Below are positions 38,111 to 48,480 of a DNA stretch of 64,000 bases, in pieces. The stretch comes from Thermoplasmata archaeon (GTDB taxonomy: Archaea; Thermoplasmatota; Thermoplasmata; Halarchaeoplasmatales; Halarchaeoplasmataceae): positions 8,578 to 72,577 of the forward strand of contig PWKY01000088.1 in assembly GCA_003560595.1 (NCBI GenBank). Direction: 5' to 3'. The stretch's first letter is position 1; each line of letters begins with the position of its first letter. The translations under genes and the position numbers were made by a program. Under the pieces are notes generated by a model. It was not told the origin of the DNA. It saw only the letters and a list, made by a program, of their open reading frames with translations, and did not search any database.

Positions 38111-38917
38111 ATGGAATTCTACTTTCCCGGTAAAAAATTCCCAGCCTTGTCTGTTACAGGTGATAAGTGTAGTTTGAACTGCGCCCATTGTGAGGGGCAC
38201 TATCTACGTAATATGCTTGATGTTAGCGAACCTAAAACACTATATCAAGCCGCATTAAAGTTAGAAGATCAGGGAGGATTTGGGTTCCTGTTGAGCGGTG
38301 GGTCTGATACTGATGGAAAAATCCCGATCGACGACCACCTCGAAGTTGTCCAAAGGGTGATCGCTAGAACTTCCTTAAAGGTCAATGTACATACCGGTCT
38401 CGTGAATCCGGATACCGTCAAGGACCTAAAAAAAGTATCACCACATGTAATTTCATTCGACTTGGTCGGTTCAAAAAAGACCATAGAAGAGGTTTATGGG
38501 ATAAAGGCATCTCCTGAGGATTTTTACGATGCTTATCGACTTCTAAAAGAAGAATCATTGAACGTTGTACCACACATCACGATCGGTTTAGAAGGGGGTA
38601 AATTAAGAGGGGAATATCGTGCTATAGATATGGCTTCAGATTCTAATTTGTTGATATTGAACTCATTGATCCCTTCTCATATAGGACGTACCGTTGAAAG
38701 AACAGATATACTAGAGACTCTTAGATATGCCTTAGATACAACTGATGCTAGGGTATATTTGGGATGTATGCGTGAACGTGGGAGGATTTCACTTGAAAAA
38801 AAGGCCTTGGAGATCGGAGTCTCTGGCATAGCTGTTCCTGCTAAAGATACATTAAGATGGGCTAGAGATAATTACGATGTTAAAGTGATGGAATACTGCT
38901 GTGCGACTCACCTGTAA
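38111..38917 (+). CDS. Radical SAM protein, archaeal lipoyl synthase LipS1-like (COG1856)
   Basis: SVTGDKCSLNCAHC, LLSGG, VVPHITIGL, plus the GCMR and C-terminal CC motifs described for LipS1. Confidence 0.7.
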   Translation: MEFYFPGKKFPALSVTGDKCSLNCAHCEGHYLRNMLDVSEPKTLYQAALKLEDQGGFGFLLSGGSDTDGKIPIDDHLEVVQRVIARTSLKVNVHTGLVNPDTVKDLKKVSPHVISFDLVGSKKTIEEVYGIKASPEDFYDAYRLLKEESLNVVPHITIGLEGGKLRGEYRAIDMASDSNLLILNSLIPSHIGRTVERTDILETLRYALDTTDARVYLGCMRERGRISLEKKALEIGVSGIAVPAKDTLRWARDNYDVKVMEYCCATHL

Positions 38918-39744
38918 ATTGCCTCATCCGAATGTTTTTTCTTTATGGGGAACATAAGAAAAGCAAATACCGAATAGGATATCAAGAAGCCCAGGGAAAG
39001 CAATGCAAAGGGATATGTCCTACTAGGCGGCAGGTTACTATCTATGGTGTACCTCACAGTGACCGGCTCCTCTGGCTGTAGCACTAGTCTATATTCGTCA
39101 AACCTCAGAGCAGGCATGTCATATTCGAAGACGTCGTTGTAGGAGGCCTCATTTGGATCACCTGGATTTCGATTTACTTTCATACCGAATAACCTATCTT
39201 CATAATTTGATTCAGTTAATATCGATACATCTACTCTGCCTTCACCATCTAAAACTTCTACGGAGATACTATCTACGATCGTAAAATCGAACCTGTCCCG
39301 GGAAGTAAAGTATATCGCTTCTTCTTCGGTTATAGTTATTTCACCGGTGATCGAAAGCTGTTCTTCTATCTGTTGGGGCATGTACGGTGTGAATAGTAAA
39401 AGAAATATCACACCAAAAACAACTATCGCTGAATAGGACTTTTTCATGGATCTCGACGCCATCAAAAATTTAGCACTAGCACTCTTTCTAAATCCGATCT
39501 CCATCAATCTAAAAACAAAGAATTCTATGGCGATCACTAGTATCCATATGATTGTGACCAAAAATGATATGAATATAGGTAAGTAAAATGGTTTTAGCTG
39601 TGCACCTCCAAGATAAGTAAAAAAGGCAAAAACAAGGATGATACCGATCACCTGAGGGATGTATGCAAGCTTTTCTAACCTTTTTATACGTGTTATCTGG
39701 TATGTACCTTCTAGTTTGTCATATTCCTTTAATCTTTTATCCAT
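38908..39744 (-). CDS. Hypothetical membrane protein
   Basis: Three N-terminal TM helices, an extracellular beta region and one C-terminal TM. Confidence 0.7.
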   Translation of the reverse strand: MDKRLKEYDKLEGTYQITRIKRLEKLAYIPQVIGIILVFAFFTYLGGAQLKPFYLPIFISFLVTIIWILVIAIEFFVFRLMEIGFRKSASAKFLMASRSMKKSYSAIVVFGVIFLLLFTPYMPQQIEEQLSITGEITITEEEAIYFTSRDRFDFTIVDSISVEVLDGEGRVDVSILTESNYEDRLFGMKVNRNPGDPNEASYNDVFEYDMPALRFDEYRLVLQPEEPVTVRYTIDSNLPPSRTYPFALLSLGFLISYSVFAFLMFPIKKKHSDEAIYR

Positions 39745-39792
39745 TTTTCTTACCCGTGTTTATTTTTCCTAAAGGGATATGGACTTACATAT

Positions 39793-41028
39793 TTATAGGA
39801 CTTTCGCTTGATACTTGGTAATAAAAAAGGGTGCTAGGCACTCGGGAACGTTCATTCTCTCCTCGAATTCGTAAATTTTTCCCTTTAACGTCACAGATCC
39901 TTCATCGGGCAATGAATCAAACTTGATCTCGTAGATCTTATCTTCTGAAGTATTAATGAATGCATCTTCGAGGGGTTCAAAAGAATAGAAGTCTTCTAGT
40001 TCTATCGGTTTTACTACCAGAAAAGAACCCGCATGTATAGAGGTAGGTAATCGGATGAGTCTTTTGGTATCGCCGGTGACTGGCTCATCAGTGGTACCTA
40101 CAAATTCAAGAGAAAGCTCATTAATACTGTGATCTTTTATAACTTCTTCAAATATCATCAAAAAGTGCTTTTGATTTACCATGCCACTTTCACTCAAGTC
40201 GTCGAGCCGCCCTTTTTCTATCAGATGTTTCCATTTCCCTTGTTCATAAAGCTCATCATAAAAACCTACCGCGGTTTTTTTTCCTATCCCAGGTATAGCA
40301 CTGATCTCTTTGATGACTTCCGCCTTTGGCATGGTATTCCAACGACGTAATGCATATTTGATTAGATCGATAACTCTACGGCTCCAACCACCTCTATCTG
40401 ACGGTGGAAAGCGATATGATAACTCACTTTTACTGTATTCTTTGAATGTGGATACAGTCACCATTTCAAAGGGAAAGATAGAAGACAAACTTATACCGGT
40501 GCCGGTTATGTAATCAACTATCTCTCTACGTGCACTTCGGGGTAATGAAAGAACCTCTTTTTTCCGAACATGGATATGGTAACCTCTATTTCCAGAAAAA
40601 ACCAACTTTATATGTTCTTCTTGAAAACCAAAGTCATCCATCAGAAAATCTTCCAGCAACAATCTCGTCTTCTTTTTTACAAGTTTAAGCTGTTCTTGGT
40701 ATGGTAGGCCTTCTCCACCAGGCAGATGATCTGAATCTAGATCAAAAATAAGGTCAGCACCCAACCATTCTTTATCTTTCATGGGCACCCTTGGATCGGA
40801 GTAATATGCTGTAGAATAATAAGTGTGGATAGGAAGTCTGTTTATCATGAATTTTTTGAAGTCCTGATAATTAGAAAAGGATACTGGTCGATGCATACCT
40901 TTTGAACCTCTGTAGATAAATGCAAACTCTCTCAGTGTAAATCGTGGGGGTAATTGGAAATCTGTGTTGGTGTAATAGGACTTCAAGGTGCGATGAAGAA
41001 ACCTCCGTGTTTTTGTAGTAGGGTCCAC
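39793..41028 (-). CDS. priS: DNA primase catalytic subunit
   Basis: REFAF, YYSTAYY, GADLIFDLD, FSGNRGYH, DEPVTGD-KRLIRLP. Confidence 0.93.
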   Translation of the reverse strand: MDPTTKTRRFLHRTLKSYYTNTDFQLPPRFTLREFAFIYRGSKGMHRPVSFSNYQDFKKFMINRLPIHTYYSTAYYSDPRVPMKDKEWLGADLIFDLDSDHLPGGEGLPYQEQLKLVKKKTRLLLEDFLMDDFGFQEEHIKLVFSGNRGYHIHVRKKEVLSLPRSARREIVDYITGTGISLSSIFPFEMVTVSTFKEYSKSELSYRFPPSDRGGWSRRVIDLIKYALRRWNTMPKAEVIKEISAIPGIGKKTAVGFYDELYEQGKWKHLIEKGRLDDLSESGMVNQKHFLMIFEEVIKDHSINELSLEFVGTTDEPVTGDTKRLIRLPTSIHAGSFLVVKPIELEDFYSFEPLEDAFINTSEDKIYEIKFDSLPDEGSVTLKGKIYEFEERMNVPECLAPFFITKYQAKVL

Positions 41029-41084
41029 AATGGGTATATGTGTTCGACACTAAAAACATTTTCGAAAAACTTTTTGATCTAGAG

Positions 41085-41108
41085 AATAAAAAAAGAAAAA
41101 AAGGGGGT
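41085..41108 (-). terminator. T-rich archaeal terminator after the MscS-like gene
   Basis: Minus strand reads ACCCCC followed by long T-tracts directly after the stop; similar ACCC plus T-tract motifs follow 61952 and 62623. Confidence 0.55.
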
Positions 41109-42623
41109 TTATTGGTTTTCTTCGATCACTGCTCCAGCTAGTTTGGAATGAGGTATGTGTATCTTTCTACCCATATCGGTTTCCAGTTCGATGGAGTATC
41201 GTCCGATTGATTTTATCACTCCTTCGTATTCATCAACCTTGATTTTCTTACCGGGCTTGAGTGTCTGGCTGGATTGTATTGACCCCATCATGTTCAAGAA
41301 GACGTCCTTTGAACCATAGGCGAATCCGACTCCAAGACCGATGAATACAGCACCCACTGCTATGGCGAATACTATATACAATATCGGCACTTCGATGCCT
41401 ATTTGGGCAAGGGCCATGACCACTGCGATGTAGATGATCAATATCTGTATCCCCTTCGCCATGAAGGATGCAAATGGAAGGTCGAGTTCTTTACCAAGTT
41501 TGACTACTTTTTCGTGTGCCCATGTTGCTATCCAGAAGCCGATGAGGCCTATGAAAAGAGCAACTATTAGGTTGGGGATCCATAGTATAACTGTATTTAC
41601 CAGTTCAGCAAGTTGATTGAACATGCCTTCTCTGTTTAAAATGCCAACAGCTATCTGGACGAAGATCAGCATGATGAACAGTTTTAGAACATAACCTACT
41701 ACCTGAAGTGTGATACCCTTGCGTTCTATCATGGCTTCAACTGGTTCGATCAGTTTGTCTATATCCATCTCCTTCAGTAACTTCATTATAAGTTTGACCA
41801 CGTACTCGGTTACGATCAAACCAACGACTATAACTGCAAGTGCAGCGATCAACAACGGTATCACTAGAAGTACTGGATTGATGAATTGGGTAAGAACATC
41901 GATCGCGATTATCGAAAGGGCGATGTTAACGAATATCAGTATTATAAAGGCTTTGACGAATATATAGATGATATTCATCAGTGAAAAACCGCCTTTTTGA
42001 GTCATCTTGTCGATCTTCAGTAGATCTTTAGCCATGGGGCTCTTGCGAATGAGTTGTTTCAAGAACTTTACGACCAATTCAGCGACATATAGACCTATAA
42101 CTAGTACGATGACAGCTACGATCAACCGCGGTATGAACAGAACGATAGGTGTTAATACCTCTGTGAGTGTCTGTATACCTGCCATATCAAGACCGATCTG
42201 TATGAATATGACGAATATGAACCAAAACACTAAAAGTCCTATTAGTTTAGATACTGAAGCAATACCCATCTTCCGGACTTGTTTGGTCAATCCTATCCGC
42301 TGCATGGCCTTTTCTATGCCAACTTTTTTCAACACTTTAGTTACTATGGCTCCGGCGATCTTAGATATTATATAACCTATGATGATCAGGACAACAAAGA
42401 ATACTAGCCCTGGTATGTATTCTAAGAATGTGTCCCATAGGTCATTAAATATCTCTTCGACACTATCCATAACGGACAATGTAGATCTTTCAGTTATAGA
42501 ACTAAACATACTATTGCTTTGTTCTGTATCAGAACCTACCATCCCCGAAACTGTGCCCATAAACATGGTCAGTACTAGAATTAGAACTAAACCAATCGTT
42601 ACAAATCTATTTTTAGGTTTCAT
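41109..42623 (-). CDS. Mechanosensitive channel MscS/CmpX-like protein with repeated TM-helix units
   Basis: Four repeats of P-L...I/L-IG hairpins, then GLGVGFAYGSKD and an MS-channel beta domain (LKPGKKIKV, G-I--IG, IHIPHS). Confidence 0.75.
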   Translation of the reverse strand: MKPKNRFVTIGLVLILVLTMFMGTVSGMVGSDTEQSNSMFSSITERSTLSVMDSVEEIFNDLWDTFLEYIPGLVFFVVLIIIGYIISKIAGAIVTKVLKKVGIEKAMQRIGLTKQVRKMGIASVSKLIGLLVFWFIFVIFIQIGLDMAGIQTLTEVLTPIVLFIPRLIVAVIVLVIGLYVAELVVKFLKQLIRKSPMAKDLLKIDKMTQKGGFSLMNIIYIFVKAFIILIFVNIALSIIAIDVLTQFINPVLLVIPLLIAALAVIVVGLIVTEYVVKLIMKLLKEMDIDKLIEPVEAMIERKGITLQVVGYVLKLFIMLIFVQIAVGILNREGMFNQLAELVNTVILWIPNLIVALFIGLIGFWIATWAHEKVVKLGKELDLPFASFMAKGIQILIIYIAVVMALAQIGIEVPILYIVFAIAVGAVFIGLGVGFAYGSKDVFLNMMGSIQSSQTLKPGKKIKVDEYEGVIKSIGRYSIELETDMGRKIHIPHSKLAGAVIEENQ

Positions 42624-42693
42624 TTGATCTCACCTTAAAATGTATAAGTTAATAATAGTATTTATAAATTATGTAATGACCGCAGTTAAAATA

Positions 42694-43431
42694 TTACGAA
42701 TTTAACATATCCTTCAACAGTGTAAGTGTTTCTAAAGCCCCTCTATGGACTGTTATGTGTGCGATATGTCCTGTTAAAGCAGTTCTTGATGGATTTATCT
42801 CAACAACAGTAGCACCTTCGTTTCTAGCTAAAACCGGCAAAGATGCAGCGGGATAAACAACTGATGAAGTTCCGATTACCAGCATGAGAACACAGTCTTT
42901 ACTACTTTTTAGAGCTCTATCTATGGTATCGAAGGGTAAGGGCTCTCCGAACAAGACCACATCAGGCCTAAGATAGGAGCCGCAGTTACACTTGGGAACT
43001 TGGTTTTCCAATATCTCATCGATGTGATCTTTAGTATCCTGTTGATAACCGCATTTATCACACCTTAGTGTTGATAGGGTACCATGTAGCTGGATCACGT
43101 CACTCGACCCAGCCCTTAAGTGCAGCCCGTCTACGTTTTGAGTGATAACCGAATTTAAACCAATTTCTTCTAAATCCACTAAAATATCGTACCCTGCATG
43201 CGGTTCTGCTCGGAATACTTCTTCGATTTGCAATTTAAATAATTCCCAGCTCTTTAACGGATCATTCCTGAAAGCAGTTGCTTGAGCGTATTCTTCTGGG
43301 TCGAACTTATCCCATAAACCACCTTCTCCTCTGAAGGGTGCTATGCCGCACTCGACCGACATCCCGGCACCGGTGAGTGCGACTATGGGTTCAGAGTCCT
43401 CTATCAACCGTACAAGTTCTTCTATCATCAC
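42694..43431 (-). CDS. cobB: Sir2-family NAD-dependent protein deacylase
   Basis: TGAGMS-E-GI-PFRG, TQNVDGLH, LHG, CxxC...CxC, RPDVVLFGE, GTS-VVYPAA. Confidence 0.92.
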   Translation of the reverse strand: MMIEELVRLIEDSEPIVALTGAGMSVECGIAPFRGEGGLWDKFDPEEYAQATAFRNDPLKSWELFKLQIEEVFRAEPHAGYDILVDLEEIGLNSVITQNVDGLHLRAGSSDVIQLHGTLSTLRCDKCGYQQDTKDHIDEILENQVPKCNCGSYLRPDVVLFGEPLPFDTIDRALKSSKDCVLMLVIGTSSVVYPAASLPVLARNEGATVVEINPSRTALTGHIAHITVHRGALETLTLLKDMLNS

Positions 43432-44015
43432 AAATCTGCTTTTATGCGCTCCAAGTTCTTTTTCACCTTCGCAGCCACATCCTTATGTATACTGTTCCCG
43501 TGAGAATCCATGGTCACTAAGAAAGGACCTGCCTCTTTTACTCTGAACATCCAAAATGCCTCAGGGATACCCAACTCTTCAAGGAAGTAAACATCTTCCA
43601 CCTCTTCGATGGCCTTTGCCATGAGAGCACCGGCACCACCGGTGTACTGAACATAAACTGCACCATGTTCTTCCAAGGCTTTCAAGGTCCTATCTCCCAT
43701 ACCGCCTTTGCCGATGATGATCTTGGTGCCGAACCTTTCTATGAATTCGTCTTCGAAGATCTCCATGCGTATGCTGGTTGTAGGTCCTGCGGAAACGACT
43801 TCCCATCTTCCATCTACCTTGTGTATGGCAGGTCCACAGTGGAACATGGCATATTCCGAAGGATCGAAGGGCAGGTCTTCGTCACTCAATCCCAGTAACT
43901 TCTCATGAGCTGAATCACGGGCGGTGAATATGGTTCCAGATATGTAGAATGTATCTCCGATATTGAGTTTTTTGACTTCCTCACCGTCTATGGGTGTTGT
44001 TAGAACTTTCTTCAT
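43428..44015 (-). CDS. Class I fumarate hydratase/tartrate dehydratase beta subunit
   Basis: TARDSAH, HCGP, GPTTSIRM, GKGG, ELGIPEA, MDSHG. Confidence 0.9.
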   Translation of the reverse strand: MKKVLTTPIDGEEVKKLNIGDTFYISGTIFTARDSAHEKLLGLSDEDLPFDPSEYAMFHCGPAIHKVDGRWEVVSAGPTTSIRMEIFEDEFIERFGTKIIIGKGGMGDRTLKALEEHGAVYVQYTGGAGALMAKAIEEVEDVYFLEELGIPEAFWMFRVKEAGPFLVTMDSHGNSIHKDVAAKVKKNLERIKADL

Positions 44016-44875
44016 CCTTTCACCTCCAGTTTTCCATCCTTCAATTCAAGTACTGCTTGACGGTTGGCCCAACACTGTGGAACCACTGCCACGGGGAAAG
44101 ATGCTGGATGCCTATGTGCATATTCTATCTTTATGTCTAGTACCGTAGTTTTACCGCCTACCCCCATAGGTCCGATACCCAACTGATTGACTTTATCTAA
44201 TAATTCCTCTTCGATCACGGCGATCTTCTCCTCCGGATGACGGGTACCAACAGGTCGGAGTAAGGCCTTCTTTGCCAACTCCAAAGCAACATCCGCACCT
44301 CCGCCGATACCGACTCCTACCACGGTAGGTGGACATGGTTTACCCTCCATAGCGGCGACCTGATCGATGACGATCTCTTTGACACCTTTCAAGCCCTTTC
44401 CAGGAGTCATCATCACCAATTTACTCATGTTTTCACTGCCACCGCCTTTGGGCATCACGGTTATCTTTAATCCATCGCCTTCTACAACATTCCAATGTAT
44501 CGGTGGTATGAAACGTCCTGTGTTATCCCCTGTGTTCGTATGGTCTATAGGGTGAACTGCATTCGGTCTTAAAGGTACCTCTTTTGATGCTCGTTTTACT
44601 GCATTATGAATACTCTCTTTTAGAATTTTGATATGGGGGAAATCAGTACCAACTTCTACAAAAAAAGTGATGGTGCCAGTATCCTGGCAGATCGGAGCAC
44701 ATTCTCCCTTTCCTACACCAATATTCTCAAGGATCGCATTCAATTGGACCTTTGGTCCTTCTGATCCTTCTTTATCTACAGCATCACGAAGAGCATCTTC
44801 CGTTTCAGAAGTTACCCTGGTGACCGCTTTTCTGATCGCTTCTACCAAACCGTCTTCAAGATCGCCTTGGTTCAT
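44012..44875 (-). CDS. Class I fumarate hydratase/tartrate dehydratase alpha subunit
   Basis: [46 protein letters not shown]. Confidence 0.9.
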   Translation of the reverse strand: MNQGDLEDGLVEAIRKAVTRVTSETEDALRDAVDKEGSEGPKVQLNAILENIGVGKGECAPICQDTGTITFFVEVGTDFPHIKILKESIHNAVKRASKEVPLRPNAVHPIDHTNTGDNTGRFIPPIHWNVVEGDGLKITVMPKGGGSENMSKLVMMTPGKGLKGVKEIVIDQVAAMEGKPCPPTVVGVGIGGGADVALELAKKALLRPVGTRHPEEKIAVIEEELLDKVNQLGIGPMGVGGKTTVLDIKIEYAHRHPASFPVAVVPQCWANRQAVLELKDGKLEVKG

Positions 44876-44961
44876 ATTATCGTTGGAACATGGAAATGTA
44901 TGATATAAATCTATGGTATATGTAGTACATAGGATCTACTAAGATGAGATCATAATCTGTA

Positions 44962-44995
44962 GTGAATTTCATAAATTCACCGAAGGTATTATAAA
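44962..44995 (+). promoter_or_regulatory. Palindromic operator next to a BRE/TATA-like element upstream of hdrA
   Basis: GTGAATTT-CAT-AAATTCAC (44962-44980) followed by CGAAGGTATTATAAA. Confidence 0.5.
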
Positions 44996-45047
44996 CAGCC
45001 TGTTGTTCCCCGAAAACAGAATATCCATTCCCCGATGGTAGGTACAT

Positions 45048-48000
45048 ATGAAAAAAGATGTTTTAATAATCGGCGGCGGAATCTCTGGCGTTCAGTCCGC
45101 ACTTGACCTAGCCGAAAAAGGATACGAGGTAGTGCTGGTTGATAGATCTCCAAGTATAGGCGGGAACATGGTGAAACTAGATAAAACGTTCCCAACTAAT
45201 GACTGTTCTATATGTATATCGGCCCCTAAGATGGTCGAAGCGAGCAGGAATGATAATATCACTATACTTACTTATTCCGAAATAAAAGATTTGATCGGAA
45301 GCGCCGGCGGATTCGATGTAAAGATTTGGAAGCGAACGAAATATGTGGATCCCGACATCTGCACCGGTTGTGGTGATTGTGAGACCGCTTGTCCCGTAGA
45401 GGTTCCTAGCGAATTTGAACAGAAATTATCGGACAGGAAAGGTATATACGTAGAATTTCCACAGTCGGTCCCGTTAACATACACTATAGATTATGATAAT
45501 TGTGTAGGTTGTGCGGCATGTGAGAGGGTATGCGATGCTGGTGCTATCAATTTTCTAGATACATCACAGGTCATCGACCTTGAAGTTGGAAGTATAATAG
45601 TTGCAACCGGCTATCAGATGATGCAGCCCGACGAGTGGAGGGAAGAGTACGGTTACGGAAAATATCCTGATGTACTCAACGCCATGGAATACGAGAGGCT
45701 CCTTTCAGCATCCGGGCCAACCGGTGGGAAGGTGTTGAAACGTTCCGATGGAAAACCGCCAGAATCTGTAGCCTGGATACAGTGTGTGGGTTCGAGGTGT
45801 AAACAGAAGGGCATGCCTTACTGTTCTAGAGTCTGCTGTATGTACTCTACCAAACAGGCTTCCATAAGTAAGGGCGAAAATCCGGATTTGGATACCGCGG
45901 TTTATTACATGGATCTAAGGGCCTATGGAAAGGACTTCCAACAGTATTACGATAAAGCGAAAGACAAAGGTGTGAGGTATCTTAGAGGTCGTCCTTCAAG
46001 GGTATATGAACAGAGTGATGGTAAACTAGCTATAGAATACGAGGATACCGAAAAGGGAGAGGTGAAAACGGACGTCGTAGACATGGTGGTTCTCTCATCA
46101 GCCATCTTACCTTCATCCGGTAACGATAAGCTATCAGAGATTTTAGATATATCCTTGGACGAGTATGGATTTTTTGAATCTAAAGACATGCTTACCGCAC
46201 CTGTAGATTCTACCCGCGACGGCATATACTTGGCCGGTTGTGCACAATCTCCGAAAGATATACCTGATAGTGTATCACAAGCCAGCGGTGCCGCGGCTAG
46301 AGCGTTGATGCCTTTAAGAGATCGAAAGAGAAAGGGTAGAGCTGAGAAGAAACCCGAACGTGACGTTTCTAAGGAAGAACCTAGGATCGGGGTTTTCGTC
46401 TGTCACTGCGGAAAGAATATCGCAAATTATCTTGATGTTGAAGAGGTGGCCGAGGCTACGAAAAATATGCCGGGAGTAGTACATGTGGACGACAGTATGT
46501 TCGCCTGTTCCGAAGATGCTCAAACGGTGATAAAAGACGCGATCAAAGAGCACCATCTTAACAGGATAGTCGTCTCCGCTTGTTCACCACGTACTCACGC
46601 CCCCCTTTTCCAGGATACTCTGGAAGAGGCAGGGTTGAACCGCTATCTCTTTGAGATGTCGAATATAAGGAATCACTGTAGCTGGGTACACAGCGATGAT
46701 CCTGAAAAAGCTACGGAAAAAGCAAAGCTGTTGACGAAGATGGCTGTAGCTAAAGCAAAACGATTATCCGCTTTGACGGAAGAGGAGATAGATGTCGGCG
46801 ACCGTACCCTGGTTATTGGAGGAGGACCTGCAGGTATGGAAACCGCTCTTTCTCTCTCACGATGCGGTCAGAAGGTGACGTTAGTTGAAAAAGAGGCAGA
46901 ATTGGGTGGTAAACTCAGAAGGTTGAATACTTTATTCCCAACCGATATCGATGCTCGTGAATTTGCAGATTCCATGGCTCATCAAGTTGGTGACGAAAAG
47001 AACATACGAGTTATCTTATCTGCTGAGATCGAAGATATCGAGGGATATATCGGTAACTACACTGCTACGGTAAACGGTGAGGAGATCGAAGTAGATACCA
47101 TCGTTCTAGCCACAGGATTCAAAGAGATAGAAGCTGAAGAACGTCACGGTTACGGCAAGGATCCACGTGTGATGACACAATTGGAATTCGACGAAGCATT
47201 ATCTGGAGGAGGGTTGGGCAAACCTGAGAACGTTGTTTTCATCAACTGCGTAGGTGCTCTTGAAGAAGAGCGTCCATGGTGTTGCAGAGTGGGATGTGGT
47301 AACTCGTTGAAGAACGCAAAGGAGATAAAACAAAGATATCCCGATGCTAACGTTTACATCCTCTACAAAGATATGCGAGTATTCGGTAAACGTGAAGAAG
47401 AGTACTACATGGACGTAGAGGGTGATGATGGTGTGATATTCCTACGTTATTCCACTGGTCAGGAACCAGAAGTTGTCACCGGTAAGGATAAACTGCAGTT
47501 GAAGGTCCACGATAATTTACTGGATGAGGATCTAGAGATCGATGCAGATTACGTTGTATTGGCCATGCAGCTTGAAGGTGACGAAAGCGCACCTATATTG
47601 AAGAAGATGTTGAAGATATCGTCGGACCCTGCAGGTTTCTACATGGAGGCACATGCAAAACTTAGACCTCTGGAGTTACCCTCGGAAGGTGTTTATCTAG
47701 CAGGGGGAGCACACTATCCGAAGAATATCTCGGACACCCTGGCCCAAGCTGAAGGTGCCGCTTCAAAGGCCATGGTACCCATGATGCGAGGTTACACCAA
47801 GAGCGAAGGTATAATCTCTGTGGTAGATGATGAACTCTGCAGCGGATGTAAGATGTGCATTTCAGTTTGCCCCTACGGAGCTATAGAACACGATCCCGAA
47901 GAGGGCGTTGCCGTGATAACTGATGTACTTTGTAAGGGCTGCGGCTCCTGTGCCAGTGTTTGCCCTATAGGTGCTATCGACCAGAAGGGTTACGAGAATG

Positions 48001-48053
48001 ACACTATAATGGCCATGATAAAGGCCGCTCTGCTTGAGGACGAGGTGGTATAG
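45048..48053 (+). CDS. hdrA: Heterodisulfide reductase subunit A-like flavoprotein with two FAD modules
   Basis: GGGISG, LDKTFPTNDC, ferredoxin insert, QCVGSR, CSRVCC, then RIGVFVCHCG, ACSPRTH, GGGPAG, C-terminal 2x[4Fe-4S]. Confidence 0.9.
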   Translation: MKKDVLIIGGGISGVQSALDLAEKGYEVVLVDRSPSIGGNMVKLDKTFPTNDCSICISAPKMVEASRNDNITILTYSEIKDLIGSAGGFDVKIWKRTKYVDPDICTGCGDCETACPVEVPSEFEQKLSDRKGIYVEFPQSVPLTYTIDYDNCVGCAACERVCDAGAINFLDTSQVIDLEVGSIIVATGYQMMQPDEWREEYGYGKYPDVLNAMEYERLLSASGPTGGKVLKRSDGKPPESVAWIQCVGSRCKQKGMPYCSRVCCMYSTKQASISKGENPDLDTAVYYMDLRAYGKDFQQYYDKAKDKGVRYLRGRPSRVYEQSDGKLAIEYEDTEKGEVKTDVVDMVVLSSAILPSSGNDKLSEILDISLDEYGFFESKDMLTAPVDSTRDGIYLAGCAQSPKDIPDSVSQASGAAARALMPLRDRKRKGRAEKKPERDVSKEEPRIGVFVCHCGKNIANYLDVEEVAEATKNMPGVVHVDDSMFACSEDAQTVIKDAIKEHHLNRIVVSACSPRTHAPLFQDTLEEAGLNRYLFEMSNIRNHCSWVHSDDPEKATEKAKLLTKMAVAKAKRLSALTEEEIDVGDRTLVIGGGPAGMETALSLSRCGQKVTLVEKEAELGGKLRRLNTLFPTDIDAREFADSMAHQVGDEKNIRVILSAEIEDIEGYIGNYTATVNGEEIEVDTIVLATGFKEIEAEERHGYGKDPRVMTQLEFDEALSGGGLGKPENVVFINCVGALEEERPWCCRVGCGNSLKNAKEIKQRYPDANVYILYKDMRVFGKREEEYYMDVEGDDGVIFLRYSTGQEPEVVTGKDKLQLKVHDNLLDEDLEIDADYVVLAMQLEGDESAPILKKMLKISSDPAGFYMEAHAKLRPLELPSEGVYLAGGAHYPKNISDTLAQAEGAASKAMVPMMRGYTKSEGIISVVDDELCSGCKMCISVCPYGAIEHDPEEGVAVITDVLCKGCGSCASVCPIGAIDQKGYENDTIMAMIKAALLEDEVV

Positions 48054-48479
48054 ATGGCGGACAATGGATTCGAACCGAAGATCATCGTCTTTCTGTGTAA
48101 CTGGTGCAGTTACGGTGGTGGAGACTTAGCAGGGGTGAACCGTGAACAGTACCCTACCAACGTACTAGGTATCAAAGTGATGTGTTCATCCCGGGTATCT
48201 CCGGAACATATCATGGAATCATTCAACGACGGTGCCGACGGTGTACTCATAACGGGATGCCATCCCGGTGACTGCCATTACATAGACGGAAATTATAAGA
48301 CGTTCCGCAAGATAGGCCTTATATCTAAGATGCTGGAAGATCTCGGCATCAACCCGAAGAGGTTGAGGTTAGAATGGATATCTTCCGCCGAGGGCGGAAA
48401 ATTCGCTCAGGTGATGAGGGAGATGACGGAACAGATACGAGGATTGGGACCCCTTGATTTAAAAGAGGAGGTCGAATGA
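48054..48479 (+). CDS. mvhD: Methyl-viologen-reducing hydrogenase delta subunit
   Basis: FLCNWCSYGG-DLAG, VMCSSR, GADGV-I-GCHPGDCHY, EWISSAEG. Confidence 0.93.
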   Translation: MADNGFEPKIIVFLCNWCSYGGGDLAGVNREQYPTNVLGIKVMCSSRVSPEHIMESFNDGADGVLITGCHPGDCHYIDGNYKTFRKIGLISKMLEDLGINPKRLRLEWISSAEGGKFAQVMREMTEQIRGLGPLDLKEEVE

Positions 48480-48480
48480 C

